A program made the translations under genes and the position numbers. This document shows positions 35,684-45,883 of a stretch of DNA of 64,000 nucleotides, piece after piece (position 1 is the stretch's first letter; every line of letters starts with the position of its first letter). The DNA is taken from contig CAISJD010000006.1 in assembly GCA_903885605.1 (NCBI GenBank), positions 3,625 through 67,624 on the forward strand, written 5' to 3'. Source of the DNA: an uncultured Chthonomonas sp. (GTDB lineage: Bacteria; Armatimonadota; Chthonomonadetes; Chthonomonadales; CAJBBX01). The notes beneath the pieces are model-generated. The model worked only from the letters and a program-made list of their open reading frames with translations, did no database searches and was not told the origin of the DNA.

Positions 35684-36994
35684 TCAACGCGGAGCGATGA
35701 AGTTCAGGTAGTTTTCTCGAAGCAGTAGCCGGGCATCGCGCTCGATGGCCTCCACGGTCACGGGCCACCCGGTACCGGCCAGGTCCTCATACTTCTCGGC
35801 CAGGACCCGCGCGATGATGGGCCGGTTGTGATGCCACTTGTACATCATCTGGTCCAGTACGCGGGCGTCGGCATGCTGCGGAATGAAAGTCGTGCCGAGC
35901 AGCTCCACTCGCATGCGGGTGATCTCCTCGACGAGCGACGGGTTGTTCAGGAACCACCAGCAGCCGAAGATCATCAGGTTGCCGAACTTGCGGGCTGCCA
36001 CACAGAGCTCGTGCTGGTTCTCCCGTGAGAGCATGGTGACGAAGAAGCGGTTGCCGGGGAAGGCGGCGCAGATGTTGGTGACGGCCTCGATGTCGGCCCG
36101 ACCGGTCATGTCGCCGGCATCGCCCAGCGCCGGATTGGCGGCTCGCCGGGCGCCGATCATCATGGCGAAGGGCACGCCCAGATCGCGGCAGGCGGGCAGG
36201 ACGATCCGGGCGAAGGCCTGCTCGCCCAGGGGTCGGCCTGGGCCGCCGTCGGTGAAGGCGAAGCTGGGCGGCAGGCTCGCGGCCAGATAGACCGCCTTCA
36301 TCCTGCCCGCCCAGTCCAGCAGGAAACGACGCCCCTCGGCGACGGTGGCGCCGGAGAGGTCGTCGGCCACGTCGTAGCCCATGCCGCGCATGGCGGCGGC
36401 GGCGGACGGCCAGTCGCGGAGCACAGGGTCGATGCGCAGCACGGCGTCGAACCGGCTGTCCGGCGCGATGCCGGCCTCCCACCGCGCTCGCTCGGAGTCG
36501 TCGAAGACGGCGTTCGTCATGGTCATCTTGTCGACGTTGGCGACCTCCATGACGCGGTCGATGTAGTCATCGGGATCCTGTTCGGCGAACCACCGCCGCA
36601 GCCCGCCGAGACCGGAGACCGGCAAGTCGAGGCCCAGCGCCTGCAGCGTGGTCAGGAGGCCCGTGGCGGCCTCGGAGACCGGCGTCCGCTCGACGAACAG
36701 GCAGCGCCAGACGTGGTCGGCCTGCTCCTGCTTGGGGAGGCGCCAGAACGTCTCATAGGGCATCTCATCGGCGGGCCGGACGCGGAAGGCCTCGGCGACC
36801 AGGTAGTGGTAGGTCAGCATCTCGTCGATGCCCCACAGCAAGAGCCCGCCCGGGTCGACAGGACCGGCGGCATTGGCCACCGGCGTCCCGAACTCGGTGG
36901 AGTAGATGTGCGTGTGCATGTCCACCACCGGGGTCTCCAGCACCGCGCGGATTACCTCATCGGCGACCCGAGCAACGGGCAAGGGTTGGTTCAC
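35684..36994 (-). CDS. Glucuronate isomerase-like amidohydrolase-fold protein
   Basis: GTG start after GGAGGAGGAG. N-terminal VVDMHTHIY metal motif. The C-terminus resembles the UxaC tail (...IPQHADARVLDQM....RENYLNF). Confidence 0.5.
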   Translation of the reverse strand: MNQPLPVARVADEVIRAVLETPVVDMHTHIYSTEFGTPVANAAGPVDPGGLLLWGIDEMLTYHYLVAEAFRVRPADEMPYETFWRLPKQEQADHVWRCLFVERTPVSEAATGLLTTLQALGLDLPVSGLGGLRRWFAEQDPDDYIDRVMEVANVDKMTMTNAVFDDSERARWEAGIAPDSRFDAVLRIDPVLRDWPSAAAAMRGMGYDVADDLSGATVAEGRRFLLDWAGRMKAVYLAASLPPSFAFTDGGPGRPLGEQAFARIVLPACRDLGVPFAMMIGARRAANPALGDAGDMTGRADIEAVTNICAAFPGNRFFVTMLSRENQHELCVAARKFGNLMIFGCWWFLNNPSLVEEITRMRVELLGTTFIPQHADARVLDQMMYKWHHNRPIIARVLAEKYEDLAGTGWPVTVEAIERDARLLLRENYLNFIAPR

Positions 36995-37021
36995 TGCGGC
37001 TCCTCCTCCAGTTCGTCGCCC

Positions 37022-38491
37022 TCAGCGGCTCGACCTCACGAAGTCGATGTATCCTCTGACGGGATCTGTGTCCACGAGCTTCACCGTCACGCGGTCGCCC
37101 ACGTCCAGGCCGCGGGTCCCCTCGATCAGCCTTCCCTCCACCGGCGGCTTGAACAGGCGCACCCAGGTGCCCTTGTCGGCTGCCCCGGTGACGATGCCGG
37201 AGAAGGTCTGCCCGATGCGCGGCGCCAGGACCATGGCGGCCACCGCCTTGCGCATCTGTCGCTCGACCTTCTTGGCCGCATCCTCCTGTCGAGTGCACTG
37301 CTCTGCCAGGGCGATCAGTTCGTCCCGGGAGTATGGCACGGGAACGCCCGCGATGGCGGCCTTCAGCAGCCTCTGGGTGATCAGATCCGGGAAGCGGCGA
37401 TTGGCAGCGGTGGAGTGCGCATAGTCACGGACGGCAAGCCCGAAGTGGCCGATCGGCTCGTCGCCCGGCATCTGGACGGCGTACTCGCCCTTCCCGAGCA
37501 ACTTGACCACCGACAGCGAGAGGTCCGGGTACTCCACCGGGTCGGCCCGACGCCTGCGGCCCAGGAAGCTGTTCAGCGCCCTGGGGTCGGGATCGGCGGG
37601 CAGGCGCTCGCCCAGATCATCGGCCAGGCGCCGGATGCGGTCCCACCTGCGCGGCTCCACGACCACGCGCCGGAACGACGGGTAACCGGCATTGGTGAGG
37701 AACTGGGCGGTGACGCCGTTCGCGGCAACCATGAAGTCCTCAATGATCTCGTGCGCCCGGCACCGCTCATCCTCCACGAGGTCGACCACGTCTCCGTCGG
37801 AGATGACGGCCTTTGGCTCGATCGTCCGAAGGTCCAGGGCTCCGCGCTCGTGCCGCTGCTCGAACAGAACCGCTGCGACGCCGTCCTGCATCCGAATCTG
37901 CTCGGCCACGGCGGGGCGCCGCGACATGGGCTCGGGCATCGGGCCGTCTCCCGACAGCCACGCGCCGACGCTGTTGTAGGCCAGCTTCGCCTTGCTGCGC
38001 ACCCACGCCCTGAGTACCCGGGTTGCGCCCAGCCCTCCGTCGGCGTCCACCTCGAAGGTGGTGACGACCGCCGGGCGCTCCTCGCCCTCGTTCAGCGAAG
38101 TGAGATCGTAGCTGCAGCGCTCGGGCAGCATCGGGAAGACCTTGCCGGGCGTATAGATCGACGTGGTGTTCGTGCGTGCGTGGTCATCAATAGGTGTGCC
38201 GCGGCAGACGCTGGCGTCAACATCGGAGACTGCTACATAGACGCGTACCTTGCCGTCGCCCATAGCCTCAGAGGCGGTAAGCTGGTCGAGGTCGCGTGAG
38301 TCGTCGTTGTCGATCGAGGCCCAGTCCATGCCGGTCAGGTCGCGCGCCTCACGGTCTGAAGCGCGGTCGGGCACACCGAGATGCGCCGCCTGGGCCAGGG
38401 CCGCCGCGCTGAAGTCCGGCTCAAGGCCTCGGTCAGTCATGATCTGCGCGGCAAGCTCCGCGAGGTCGATGCGACGGCTGTTCCTGGGCAT
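37022..38491 (-). CDS. RNB-domain 3'-5' exoribonuclease (RNase II/R family) with a C-terminal S1 domain
   Basis: GGGAGG SD. RNB motif IDNDDSRDLDQ. S1-like GQTFSGIVTG...GDRVTVKLV. The longer ORF start at 38716 is rejected. Confidence 0.8.
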   Translation of the reverse strand: MPRNSRRIDLAELAAQIMTDRGLEPDFSAAALAQAAHLGVPDRASDREARDLTGMDWASIDNDDSRDLDQLTASEAMGDGKVRVYVAVSDVDASVCRGTPIDDHARTNTTSIYTPGKVFPMLPERCSYDLTSLNEGEERPAVVTTFEVDADGGLGATRVLRAWVRSKAKLAYNSVGAWLSGDGPMPEPMSRRPAVAEQIRMQDGVAAVLFEQRHERGALDLRTIEPKAVISDGDVVDLVEDERCRAHEIIEDFMVAANGVTAQFLTNAGYPSFRRVVVEPRRWDRIRRLADDLGERLPADPDPRALNSFLGRRRRADPVEYPDLSLSVVKLLGKGEYAVQMPGDEPIGHFGLAVRDYAHSTAANRRFPDLITQRLLKAAIAGVPVPYSRDELIALAEQCTRQEDAAKKVERQMRKAVAAMVLAPRIGQTFSGIVTGAADKGTWVRLFKPPVEGRLIEGTRGLDVGDRVTVKLVDTDPVRGYIDFVRSSR

Positions 38492-38709
38492 GGCGTGCGC
38501 CTCCCGTTTCCGGCGGGCGGGCGGCCCCTGTTGGCCGTCCGGTACCGCGTCACTGGTGTATATACTGCGGACGAGCGTGATTCCTGCACCGACGCGTGGG
38601 CCGGACCAGCGCTTCTCTGAGACGGGCTTTCCGGTTTTCGGCAAGCGCCGCGAGTGGAGTATCGTAGAGCCACGCCGGCCGTCGCGACCGGCTGAAAGGT
38701 GGAGCCACC

Positions 38710-41526
38710 TTGCCATCCCAAGTCATCATGCTCGGCCGCCGACGTCCGCAGTTCCAGGCCGTTACCGACTGGCTTGAGGCCGGCTACCTGCACGACCGCG
38801 TTTGGGACATGAGTGCGGTGCTGGTCGTCGTCAGCGGGCGTCGCGCCGTCCGCCGCCTGGGGCAGCTGATCGCCGACCGATCGGCCCGGCTTGCTCCCAC
38901 GGGAGGCCTCTCGGTATTCCCGCCGCACGTTGTCACTGTGGGCGCCCTGCCGGAGACGCTCTGCCCTGCCCTGGCGCCGGCCCTGGCGCCCATGGCGGCG
39001 CTCATCGCCATGGTTGCCTGCCTGCGCGACCTGCCTGCCGAGACACTGGACCGCGTCAGTCGGACGCGCTCGGACGGTGGGCGCGACCTCTGGCAGCTTG
39101 CGAAGCGGCTATGCGCCTTGCGCTCCGAGTTGGGCGCGGACCTGCTCTCCTGCGGCGAGGTGGCCAGGTCCAGCGCCGCTGCCGGCCCCGACGCAGACCG
39201 CTGGGCCGGACTGGCCGAGGTCGAGGACGCCTACGAGCGCTCCCTTCGGGCAGCGGGGCTGCGGGACGCCGAGATGGCCCGCGGCGAGGCCGACCTCGGG
39301 CCGACCAACCCGGCGTTCCGGCATGTCGTGCTGGCAGGCACGGCCGACCTGAGGCCCGTACACCGGAACCTGCTGAGCCGGTGCGGCCTGCCTGTCACGG
39401 CGCTGGTCGCGGCGGACGCCGAGGATGCCGCCGGGTTCGACGACCTCGGCTGCGTCGTGGCCGACTACTGGCTCACGCGGCCCACCGACATTGCAGCCGA
39501 CCAGATCCTCTACGCCGAAACCGAGACGGACGCCGCCGGCGCCGTGCTGGAACGCCTACAGGCCTGGGCCGGCGAACTGAGCGCCGACCAGGTGACCGTT
39601 GGCCTCGGTGACGAGGCCGGCGAGCCCCTCCTCGAGCGGATGCTGGCGCTGGCGTCGGTGCCGGTACGCACGCCGTTGGGCGGCCCTGCCACGCGCTCGC
39701 GGCCGGGCGCCCTCCTGTCAGGCGTCGCCAACTGGCTTCACACCGGTTCGGTAGAGGCGCTGGCCGAGCTGGTGCGGCATCCAGACGTGTCGCGCCGCCT
39801 CCGCCGCGACCTCGACGCGCCGGGCGACCTGGCTGAGCTGATGGACCGCTACCGGACGAGGCACCTGCCCGGTCAGGCCGCCACGGCGGTCGAGCCTGAT
39901 GCCCAGCGCTTCAGGCGCCTCACGGGAGACCTCCGGAGGCTCAGGGCGCTGCTTCACCGCCTCAGCGGCGAAGCCACGGCAGCGACGTGGGCCGGCCGGC
40001 TCCAGGCCCTGCTGGCCAACGTCTACCGGGACGTCTCGCTTCAGCCCGACCGGCCCGATGACGCGCGCCTTTTGCGAGCCCTGGCCGCCACCAGCGCCGC
40101 GCTGGACGAGATGGCCGCTGTAGCCGCGATCGGCCCAACGGGCGTGCGGATCGGCGGAGCCGACGCCCTGCAGCTTGTAATCGACCGCATGGCGGCGGAG
40201 GCGCTCACCGTCGAGAGCGATCAGCCCGCCGTGGAGATCGTCGGCTGGCTGGAAGTCCCGGCCGACGACGCGTCGGGCCTCATCCTGCTTGGGCTGCATG
40301 AGGGTCGAATCCCCTCGTCCGTCCGCCGGGACCCGTTCCTGACCGAGTCGTTGCGGAGTGTGCTCGGGCTACCCGACAACGACCACCGCTACGCGAGGGA
40401 CGCCCACGGCCTATCCGCGGCGCTGGCCGGCCGGAGCCACGTGGCCCTCATCTGCGCCCGGACGACCGACCAGGGCGATCCACTCATCCCCAGCCGCTTC
40501 CTCTTCGCGGCATCCGATAGGGAGGTGTCCGCCCGTGTGAAGCGGTTCGTGGCCGGCGACGCGTTCCGGCTTGCGCGGGCGCCCCTGGCGTCGTCGGGGC
40601 CACTGAGCCTGCAGATGGTGGCGCCCGAAGCCGCGCCGCCGCTGGAGAAGCTCGACCCCTCCGCCTTCCGGCGGTACCTTGACTGCCCGTACCGGTACTA
40701 CCTCCGGACGGTGCTGGGCCTTACGGACGCGCGTGACGATTGGCAGGAGATGAGCCCGGCCATGTTCGGCGACCTTGCACATACCGTCCTCTCCGACTTC
40801 GCTCGATCGACGCCCGATTTCCGCGAGTCCACACACGCCGAGACGATCCGCGACTTCCTGCGTGACCGGCTTGCTGCGAACGCCACCGACCTGTATGGCC
40901 GGCGCCCTATGGGCAGCGTCCGGCTGCAGATAGCGCAACTTGGCCGGCGCCTGGACGCACTGGCGACGCGGCAGGCGGCGCGAAACGCGGAAGGCTGGCG
41001 CATCGTGCCCGAGCAGGCCGAGGCGACCCTGAGTGCGACGATGGAGGTCGATGGCGTCCCGGTGACCATCGCAGGGCGCATCGATCGACTGGACCACCAT
41101 CCCGAGCTTGGCTACGCGGTGCTGGACTACAAGACGGGCAAGGCGACAGAGCCGGACAAGGCCCACCGTGCCAAGCGTGACGGAGCCCTGACGTGGACAA
41201 ATCTGCAGTTGCCGATCTATCGCTTCCTGGTGCGGTCCCTCCTGGGAACGGCCGAGCCAGTCAGCGTGGGGTACGTCTCGGTGCCTGATGAACCGGACCA
41301 GACGGCATTCAGCATGGCGCCCTGGGGAGAAGCCGACTACGCCTCGGCCATGGAGTGCGCGGCCGACGTGGTCCGAAGTATCCGGCTCGGGGTCTTCTGG
41401 CCGCCCGCCAAGCCGCCTGCGTTCGATGACGGGCTACGGCGCCTCTGCTGGGATCGCGTCCCGCAGCGGGAAGCGGCCGCCCCGGGGCCAACGACCCGGT
41501 CAACAGCGAAGGAGGAGCAGCCATGA
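38710..41526 (+). CDS. addB: AddB/RexB-like PD-(D/E)XK nuclease subunit (no intact Walker A)
   Basis: TTG start 5 nt after AAAGGTGGAG. C-terminal nuclease motifs GRIDRLD...AVLDYKTGK...LQLPIY. 4-nt overlap with the downstream helicase gene. Confidence 0.7.
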   Translation: MPSQVIMLGRRRPQFQAVTDWLEAGYLHDRVWDMSAVLVVVSGRRAVRRLGQLIADRSARLAPTGGLSVFPPHVVTVGALPETLCPALAPALAPMAALIAMVACLRDLPAETLDRVSRTRSDGGRDLWQLAKRLCALRSELGADLLSCGEVARSSAAAGPDADRWAGLAEVEDAYERSLRAAGLRDAEMARGEADLGPTNPAFRHVVLAGTADLRPVHRNLLSRCGLPVTALVAADAEDAAGFDDLGCVVADYWLTRPTDIAADQILYAETETDAAGAVLERLQAWAGELSADQVTVGLGDEAGEPLLERMLALASVPVRTPLGGPATRSRPGALLSGVANWLHTGSVEALAELVRHPDVSRRLRRDLDAPGDLAELMDRYRTRHLPGQAATAVEPDAQRFRRLTGDLRRLRALLHRLSGEATAATWAGRLQALLANVYRDVSLQPDRPDDARLLRALAATSAALDEMAAVAAIGPTGVRIGGADALQLVIDRMAAEALTVESDQPAVEIVGWLEVPADDASGLILLGLHEGRIPSSVRRDPFLTESLRSVLGLPDNDHRYARDAHGLSAALAGRSHVALICARTTDQGDPLIPSRFLFAASDREVSARVKRFVAGDAFRLARAPLASSGPLSLQMVAPEAAPPLEKLDPSAFRRYLDCPYRYYLRTVLGLTDARDDWQEMSPAMFGDLAHTVLSDFARSTPDFRESTHAETIRDFLRDRLAANATDLYGRRPMGSVRLQIAQLGRRLDALATRQAARNAEGWRIVPEQAEATLSATMEVDGVPVTIAGRIDRLDHHPELGYAVLDYKTGKATEPDKAHRAKRDGALTWTNLQLPIYRFLVRSLLGTAEPVSVGYVSVPDEPDQTAFSMAPWGEADYASAMECAADVVRSIRLGVFWPPAKPPAFDDGLRRLCWDRVPQREAAAPGPTTRSTAKEEQP

Positions 41527-44500
41527 GGACGCTCATCCGCGCGTCGGCGGGCTCCGGCAAGACCTATGCCCTGACGACGCACTACCTGGAACTGCTCGCG
41601 GCCGGCGTTGAACCGGAGGCCATCCTCGCGACCACGTTCACCCGCAAGGCAGCCGGCGAGATCCTGCATCGCGTACTCTCCATGCTCGCAGAGAGGAGCA
41701 CGCCGGAGGGTCAGCAGCGTCTGGCAGGCTTCTGCCGGTCGCTTCACCGGGTGAACATAGGCACGATCGACAGCTTCATGATCGGCCTCTGCCGGTCATT
41801 GGGCGACTTGCTGGACCTGCCCGACGAGATCGCGCCGGCTGCCGCCGATGACGTCCGTGTTCAGGCCGTGCGGCGCATGGCGCTGGACCGGCTCCTCACA
41901 TCGCCAGACGAACGGACCGACCTGGTGGTTCGGGCCATCCTGCGCCGGTCCGCCGGCTCTAGTATTGTCGGCGCCGTCGAACCTGTGGTCAGCCATCTGT
42001 ACCAGACCTACCTCGACAGCAGGTCGGAGGAGCTCTGGACGCCTGTCCCTGGACCGCGGGCGCCGGGAGACGAGCAGCTGGCAGGGGCGATTGGAGTGCT
42101 TAGGAGCGCCGCCACGTCAGGGACCATGTCCAAGGCGGCTTCCGACGGCGCTGCCAAGCTCGCCGACCAGGTCGCCGCTGGAAACTGGGAGGCCGTGGCG
42201 GTCCACAAGCTGCTGGCGAACTCGCAATCGTCAGGAACGTACTACCGGAGACCGATCCCGGCGGTCGTGCTGGAGGTCTGCCCCACGATCCGCACGGCGG
42301 CGCACAGCGCCCTGCGGGCCGATTGGACAGAGCGGACCCGATCCACGTATGACCTGCTGCGCCGTTACGACGAGGTGTATGCCGGCCTCGCGGCCCGTGC
42401 TCGTGTGATGCTCTTTTCCGATGCTCCCCGCCTGCTGGCCGAGAACGCCGACGAACTCCGGCCCGAGCTGCTCGAATACCGCACGGGCCGCGGCATCCGG
42501 CACATGCTGCTGGACGAGTTCCAGGACACCGATCCGGCGCAGTGGGCCGTCCTGAGCCCCTTCATCCATCGCTGCCTGGCCCCCGATGCGAATGGCTCCC
42601 TCTTCTGCGTCGGCGACGTGAAGCAGGCCATCTACGGCTGGCGAGGCGGCAGCGCCGAGATCTTCGACACGCTGGAGGAGCAGATCCCGGGCGTGGACGT
42701 GGAGGCCCGCAACAACAGCTACCGGTCATCGCAGGTGGTGCTCGACGCGGTGAACGCCGTGTTCACGTCAATCGACGCCGCGGCGCCGCTACAAACCGTC
42801 GAGGCCGGGCTGGAGGCATGGGCGGGCAAGTTCGGCCGCCATGAATCCGTGAAGGCGGACCTCCCCGGGCACGTGGCCCTGACCGTGACAGACGGGGCCG
42901 GGGACTGTGTGGCGGCATGCGTCGACTGGGTCCACCACCTGCACAGGCAGAGCCCTGAGAACTCCATCGGCATCCTCACCCGGACCAACGCGGCCGCGCT
43001 CCAGATGCTGGACGCGCTCCGCGCAGCCGGCGTCGGAGCCAGCGGCGAGGGCGCGTCGGCGCTGACGGACGACCCGGCGGTTGAGCTGATGCTATCGGCG
43101 CTAACCATGGCGGACCATCCGGGCCACACCGCCGCCGCGTTCCATGTGGCGCGCTCGCCGCTGGCCGACTGCCTGGGCGTCCCCTCGGACCCTCAGGCCA
43201 ACCCCGGCAAGGTCGCCGCCGCTGCCGTCCGACTTCGAAAGCAGATACTCGACTACGGCTACGGACGTGCGCTACGGCCCATGGCCGCCCTGCTGGCGCC
43301 CCACGCGGGACCCCGCGGATGCCGGCGCCTCGCGCAGCTGCTCATCGCGGCCGACGCCTTTGATCGTGCGTTTGAGCCGCGCCCCGGCGCCTTCGTCGAT
43401 TACATCGACGGGGTGCGCGCCGAGGAGTCGGTGGCGGCACAGGTGCGGGTGATGACCATCCATCGCGCCAAGGGCCTGGAGTTCGACGTCGTGGCGCTAC
43501 CCGAGATGGACCAGAACCTGCGTGGCCGCGCGCGGGACGTGCTGACGGTCCGGCCGCGCCCAACCGGTCCCGTCCAGGCCGTATTCACCCGCCCGAGCGT
43601 GGCGCTCCTATCGCTCGACCAGGACCTTGCCGACGCTGTGGGGCAGGTTGAGGCCGAGGATGTACGGGGAAGCCTAGCGGTGCTGTACGTGGCGATGACC
43701 CGCGCCCGACATGCCCTGCACATGTTCTGCGGAAAGGAGGCGCAGGGCGGGGCGACCTTCACGGGCATCGTGATGGCACAGCTGGGCATCGACGGCGCAG
43801 GACCGGGACTGGCGTACGAGCGCGGCGACCCGGAATGGTGGCGAACCATGCCCGCCCGCCCGGCGGCCACGGGAGCCACCGGATGGGAGTGCCCCGAACG
43901 CATCGCCATGCGCCCGTCCACTGCGGCGGAGCCAGGCCACCGGGCCGCGCCTTCCAGCCGCGAGGGACACTGGATCAGCGCAGCCGCCGCGTTCAGCCGG
44001 ACCTCGGCGGGCGCTCAGCAGCAGGGCCTCGCGCTCCACGCATGCTTCGCCGCCGCGGCGCGGCTTGAGTCCGGAGCGTCGGCGCCCGAGGAGGTGGCGG
44101 CCCGAGCGGCCCAGATCGAGCCGACGTTGCCGCGCACCCAGTTGGCAAGCGCGGCGCTGCAGGCGGTCCGCGCCCTGGCGCAACCGAGCGTGGGGGCGGC
44201 GCTTTCGCCCTTCGAGTGCGGCCCGGGGCAGACGCTCGAGAGGTGGACCGAGCGCGACTTCCTGGCCGTGAGCCCGGCGGGCGCGGTGCGCGGACGGTTC
44301 GACCACGTGGTGGTGCTCAAGGAGGCGGGGCGGCCCATCCGCGCGCACGTGGCGGACTACAAGACAGGCGAAGGGCCGGCCGGGCCCGCCGCCGAGGAGG
44401 AGCGGGCGCAGGTACGGACATACATGGCCGCGTTGGCGGCCATGCTGGCTCTGCCGACCGCCGCGGTCAGCGGAGCTCTGCTCTATGTCGCCACGGGCGA

Positions 44501-44534
44501 CGTAGTGGAGGTGCCGAACGCGCCGGCGGGCTAG
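41523..44534 (+). CDS. addA: AddA-like UvrD/Rep-family helicase with a C-terminal RecB-type nuclease
   Basis: AAGGAGGAG SD. Walker A ASAGSGKTYAL, plus LLDEFQDTD, VGDVKQAIYGWRGG and TIHRAKGLEF. C-terminal GRFDHVVV...VADYKTGE...QVRTYM. Confidence 0.8.
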   Translation: MRTLIRASAGSGKTYALTTHYLELLAAGVEPEAILATTFTRKAAGEILHRVLSMLAERSTPEGQQRLAGFCRSLHRVNIGTIDSFMIGLCRSLGDLLDLPDEIAPAAADDVRVQAVRRMALDRLLTSPDERTDLVVRAILRRSAGSSIVGAVEPVVSHLYQTYLDSRSEELWTPVPGPRAPGDEQLAGAIGVLRSAATSGTMSKAASDGAAKLADQVAAGNWEAVAVHKLLANSQSSGTYYRRPIPAVVLEVCPTIRTAAHSALRADWTERTRSTYDLLRRYDEVYAGLAARARVMLFSDAPRLLAENADELRPELLEYRTGRGIRHMLLDEFQDTDPAQWAVLSPFIHRCLAPDANGSLFCVGDVKQAIYGWRGGSAEIFDTLEEQIPGVDVEARNNSYRSSQVVLDAVNAVFTSIDAAAPLQTVEAGLEAWAGKFGRHESVKADLPGHVALTVTDGAGDCVAACVDWVHHLHRQSPENSIGILTRTNAAALQMLDALRAAGVGASGEGASALTDDPAVELMLSALTMADHPGHTAAAFHVARSPLADCLGVPSDPQANPGKVAAAAVRLRKQILDYGYGRALRPMAALLAPHAGPRGCRRLAQLLIAADAFDRAFEPRPGAFVDYIDGVRAEESVAAQVRVMTIHRAKGLEFDVVALPEMDQNLRGRARDVLTVRPRPTGPVQAVFTRPSVALLSLDQDLADAVGQVEAEDVRGSLAVLYVAMTRARHALHMFCGKEAQGGATFTGIVMAQLGIDGAGPGLAYERGDPEWWRTMPARPAATGATGWECPERIAMRPSTAAEPGHRAAPSSREGHWISAAAAFSRTSAGAQQQGLALHACFAAAARLESGASAPEEVAARAAQIEPTLPRTQLASAALQAVRALAQPSVGAALSPFECGPGQTLERWTERDFLAVSPAGAVRGRFDHVVVLKEAGRPIRAHVADYKTGEGPAGPAAEEERAQVRTYMAALAAMLALPTAAVSGALLYVATGDVVEVPNAPAG

Positions 44535-45823
44535 TCGGCGGCGATGGCCCGCGCGCCGATATCTGAGCGGACGTGCATGCCCTCGAACGAGATGTAGCCC
44601 ATGGCCTCATAGGCGCGCTTCTGCGCCTCGGCAAAATCACGGCCCAGAGCCGTGACGCTGAGCACGCGCCCGCCGTCGGTCAGCACCTGCCCCGCCTCGT
44701 CGCGCGTGCCGGCATGGAGGACGATGCTGCCCGGCGCCTGCGCTGCCCGGTCGAGCCCGGTGATGGGCTTGCCGGACTGATACGCGCCGGGGTAGCCGCC
44801 GCTCGCCGCCACCACGTTCACTGCGGCCTGGCTAGACCAGCGCACAGTCGCCTCATCCAAGCAGCAACTGACGGCGCTCTCCAGGAGGTCCAGCAGGTCG
44901 GTCTCCAGCAGCGGTAGCACCACCTGTGTCTCGGGATCGCCGAAGCGGCAGTTAAACTCCAGCGTACGCAGGCCCGCGGGCGTGAGCATCATGCCTGCAT
45001 AGAGCACGCCCTTATATGGGATGCCGAGGTCGCGAATGGCGCGGACGGCCGGCGCAAGGACCTGCTGCACAACCTGGTCGACCAGCTCCGGCGGCGCTAC
45101 GGGGACGGGCGAGTAGGCTCCCATGCCGCCCGTGTTGGGGCCCTGGTCGCCGTCCAGCGCGCGCTTGTGATCCTGCGACGGCGGCATGGCCACCAGATGC
45201 TCGCCGTCGGTGAAGGCCATGATGCTGACCTCCTGGCCCGTCAGCCGCTCCTCAACCAGCAGCGTGTCACCTGCCGAACCGAACTCACGGTCGCGCATGA
45301 TCTGGTCCACCGCAGCGTGCGCCTCCTCCTCGGTGCCGACTACGATCACGCCCTTGCCCGCGGCCAGGCCGTCCGCCTTGATCACCGCGCCTGCCTGCCC
45401 GAGTTCCGAGGCGAAGTGGTCGCGGACATGCTCGTGGGCCTCGTCGATGCCTGCCGCCACGCGGAAGGCCCCTGTGGGGATGCCGTACCGGACCATGATC
45501 TCCTTGGCGAAGGCCTTGCTTCCTTCGATGCGGGCGGGGTCGGTCGACGGCCCGAAGATCGGTAGGCCGCGAGCCTCAAACCGGTCGACGATGCCGGCGG
45601 CCAGCGGCGCCTCCGGCCCAACAACGGTCAGGTCGATGCGCTGGCTCTCGGCGAAGTTGGCCAGGCCGGAGAGGTCGGAAGGCTTGAGGTTGATGCACTC
45701 GGCGATGCGCGAAATGCCGGCGTTGCCGGGAGCGCAGTAGATCTTCTTGGCCCGCGGGCTCTGCGCGAGCTTCCATGCCAGGGCGTGCTCACGGCCGCCG
45801 CCGCCAACGATCAAGATCTGCAC
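44531..45823 (-). CDS. purD: Phosphoribosylamine--glycine ligase
   Basis: (M)QILIVGGGGREHALAWKL from a GTG start, with an ATP-grasp core. 430 aa. Confidence 0.95.
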   Translation of the reverse strand: MQILIVGGGGREHALAWKLAQSPRAKKIYCAPGNAGISRIAECINLKPSDLSGLANFAESQRIDLTVVGPEAPLAAGIVDRFEARGLPIFGPSTDPARIEGSKAFAKEIMVRYGIPTGAFRVAAGIDEAHEHVRDHFASELGQAGAVIKADGLAAGKGVIVVGTEEEAHAAVDQIMRDREFGSAGDTLLVEERLTGQEVSIMAFTDGEHLVAMPPSQDHKRALDGDQGPNTGGMGAYSPVPVAPPELVDQVVQQVLAPAVRAIRDLGIPYKGVLYAGMMLTPAGLRTLEFNCRFGDPETQVVLPLLETDLLDLLESAVSCCLDEATVRWSSQAAVNVVAASGGYPGAYQSGKPITGLDRAAQAPGSIVLHAGTRDEAGQVLTDGGRVLSVTALGRDFAEAQKRAYEAMGYISFEGMHVRSDIGARAIAAD

Positions 45824-45883
45824 AGCCTTGTCCTTTCCGCGGCCTCAGCTGCTGGGCGCACCGGCCGCGCCGCGCGCACGAAG

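Noticed and set aside
38551-38570. TGTATATACT in the 218-bp RNase II / addB divergent region, considered as a promoter -10.
   Set aside because: It reads as a -10-like element on both strands and does not fit the TGnTATAnT spacing exactly. I could not assign it an orientation, so I did not call it.
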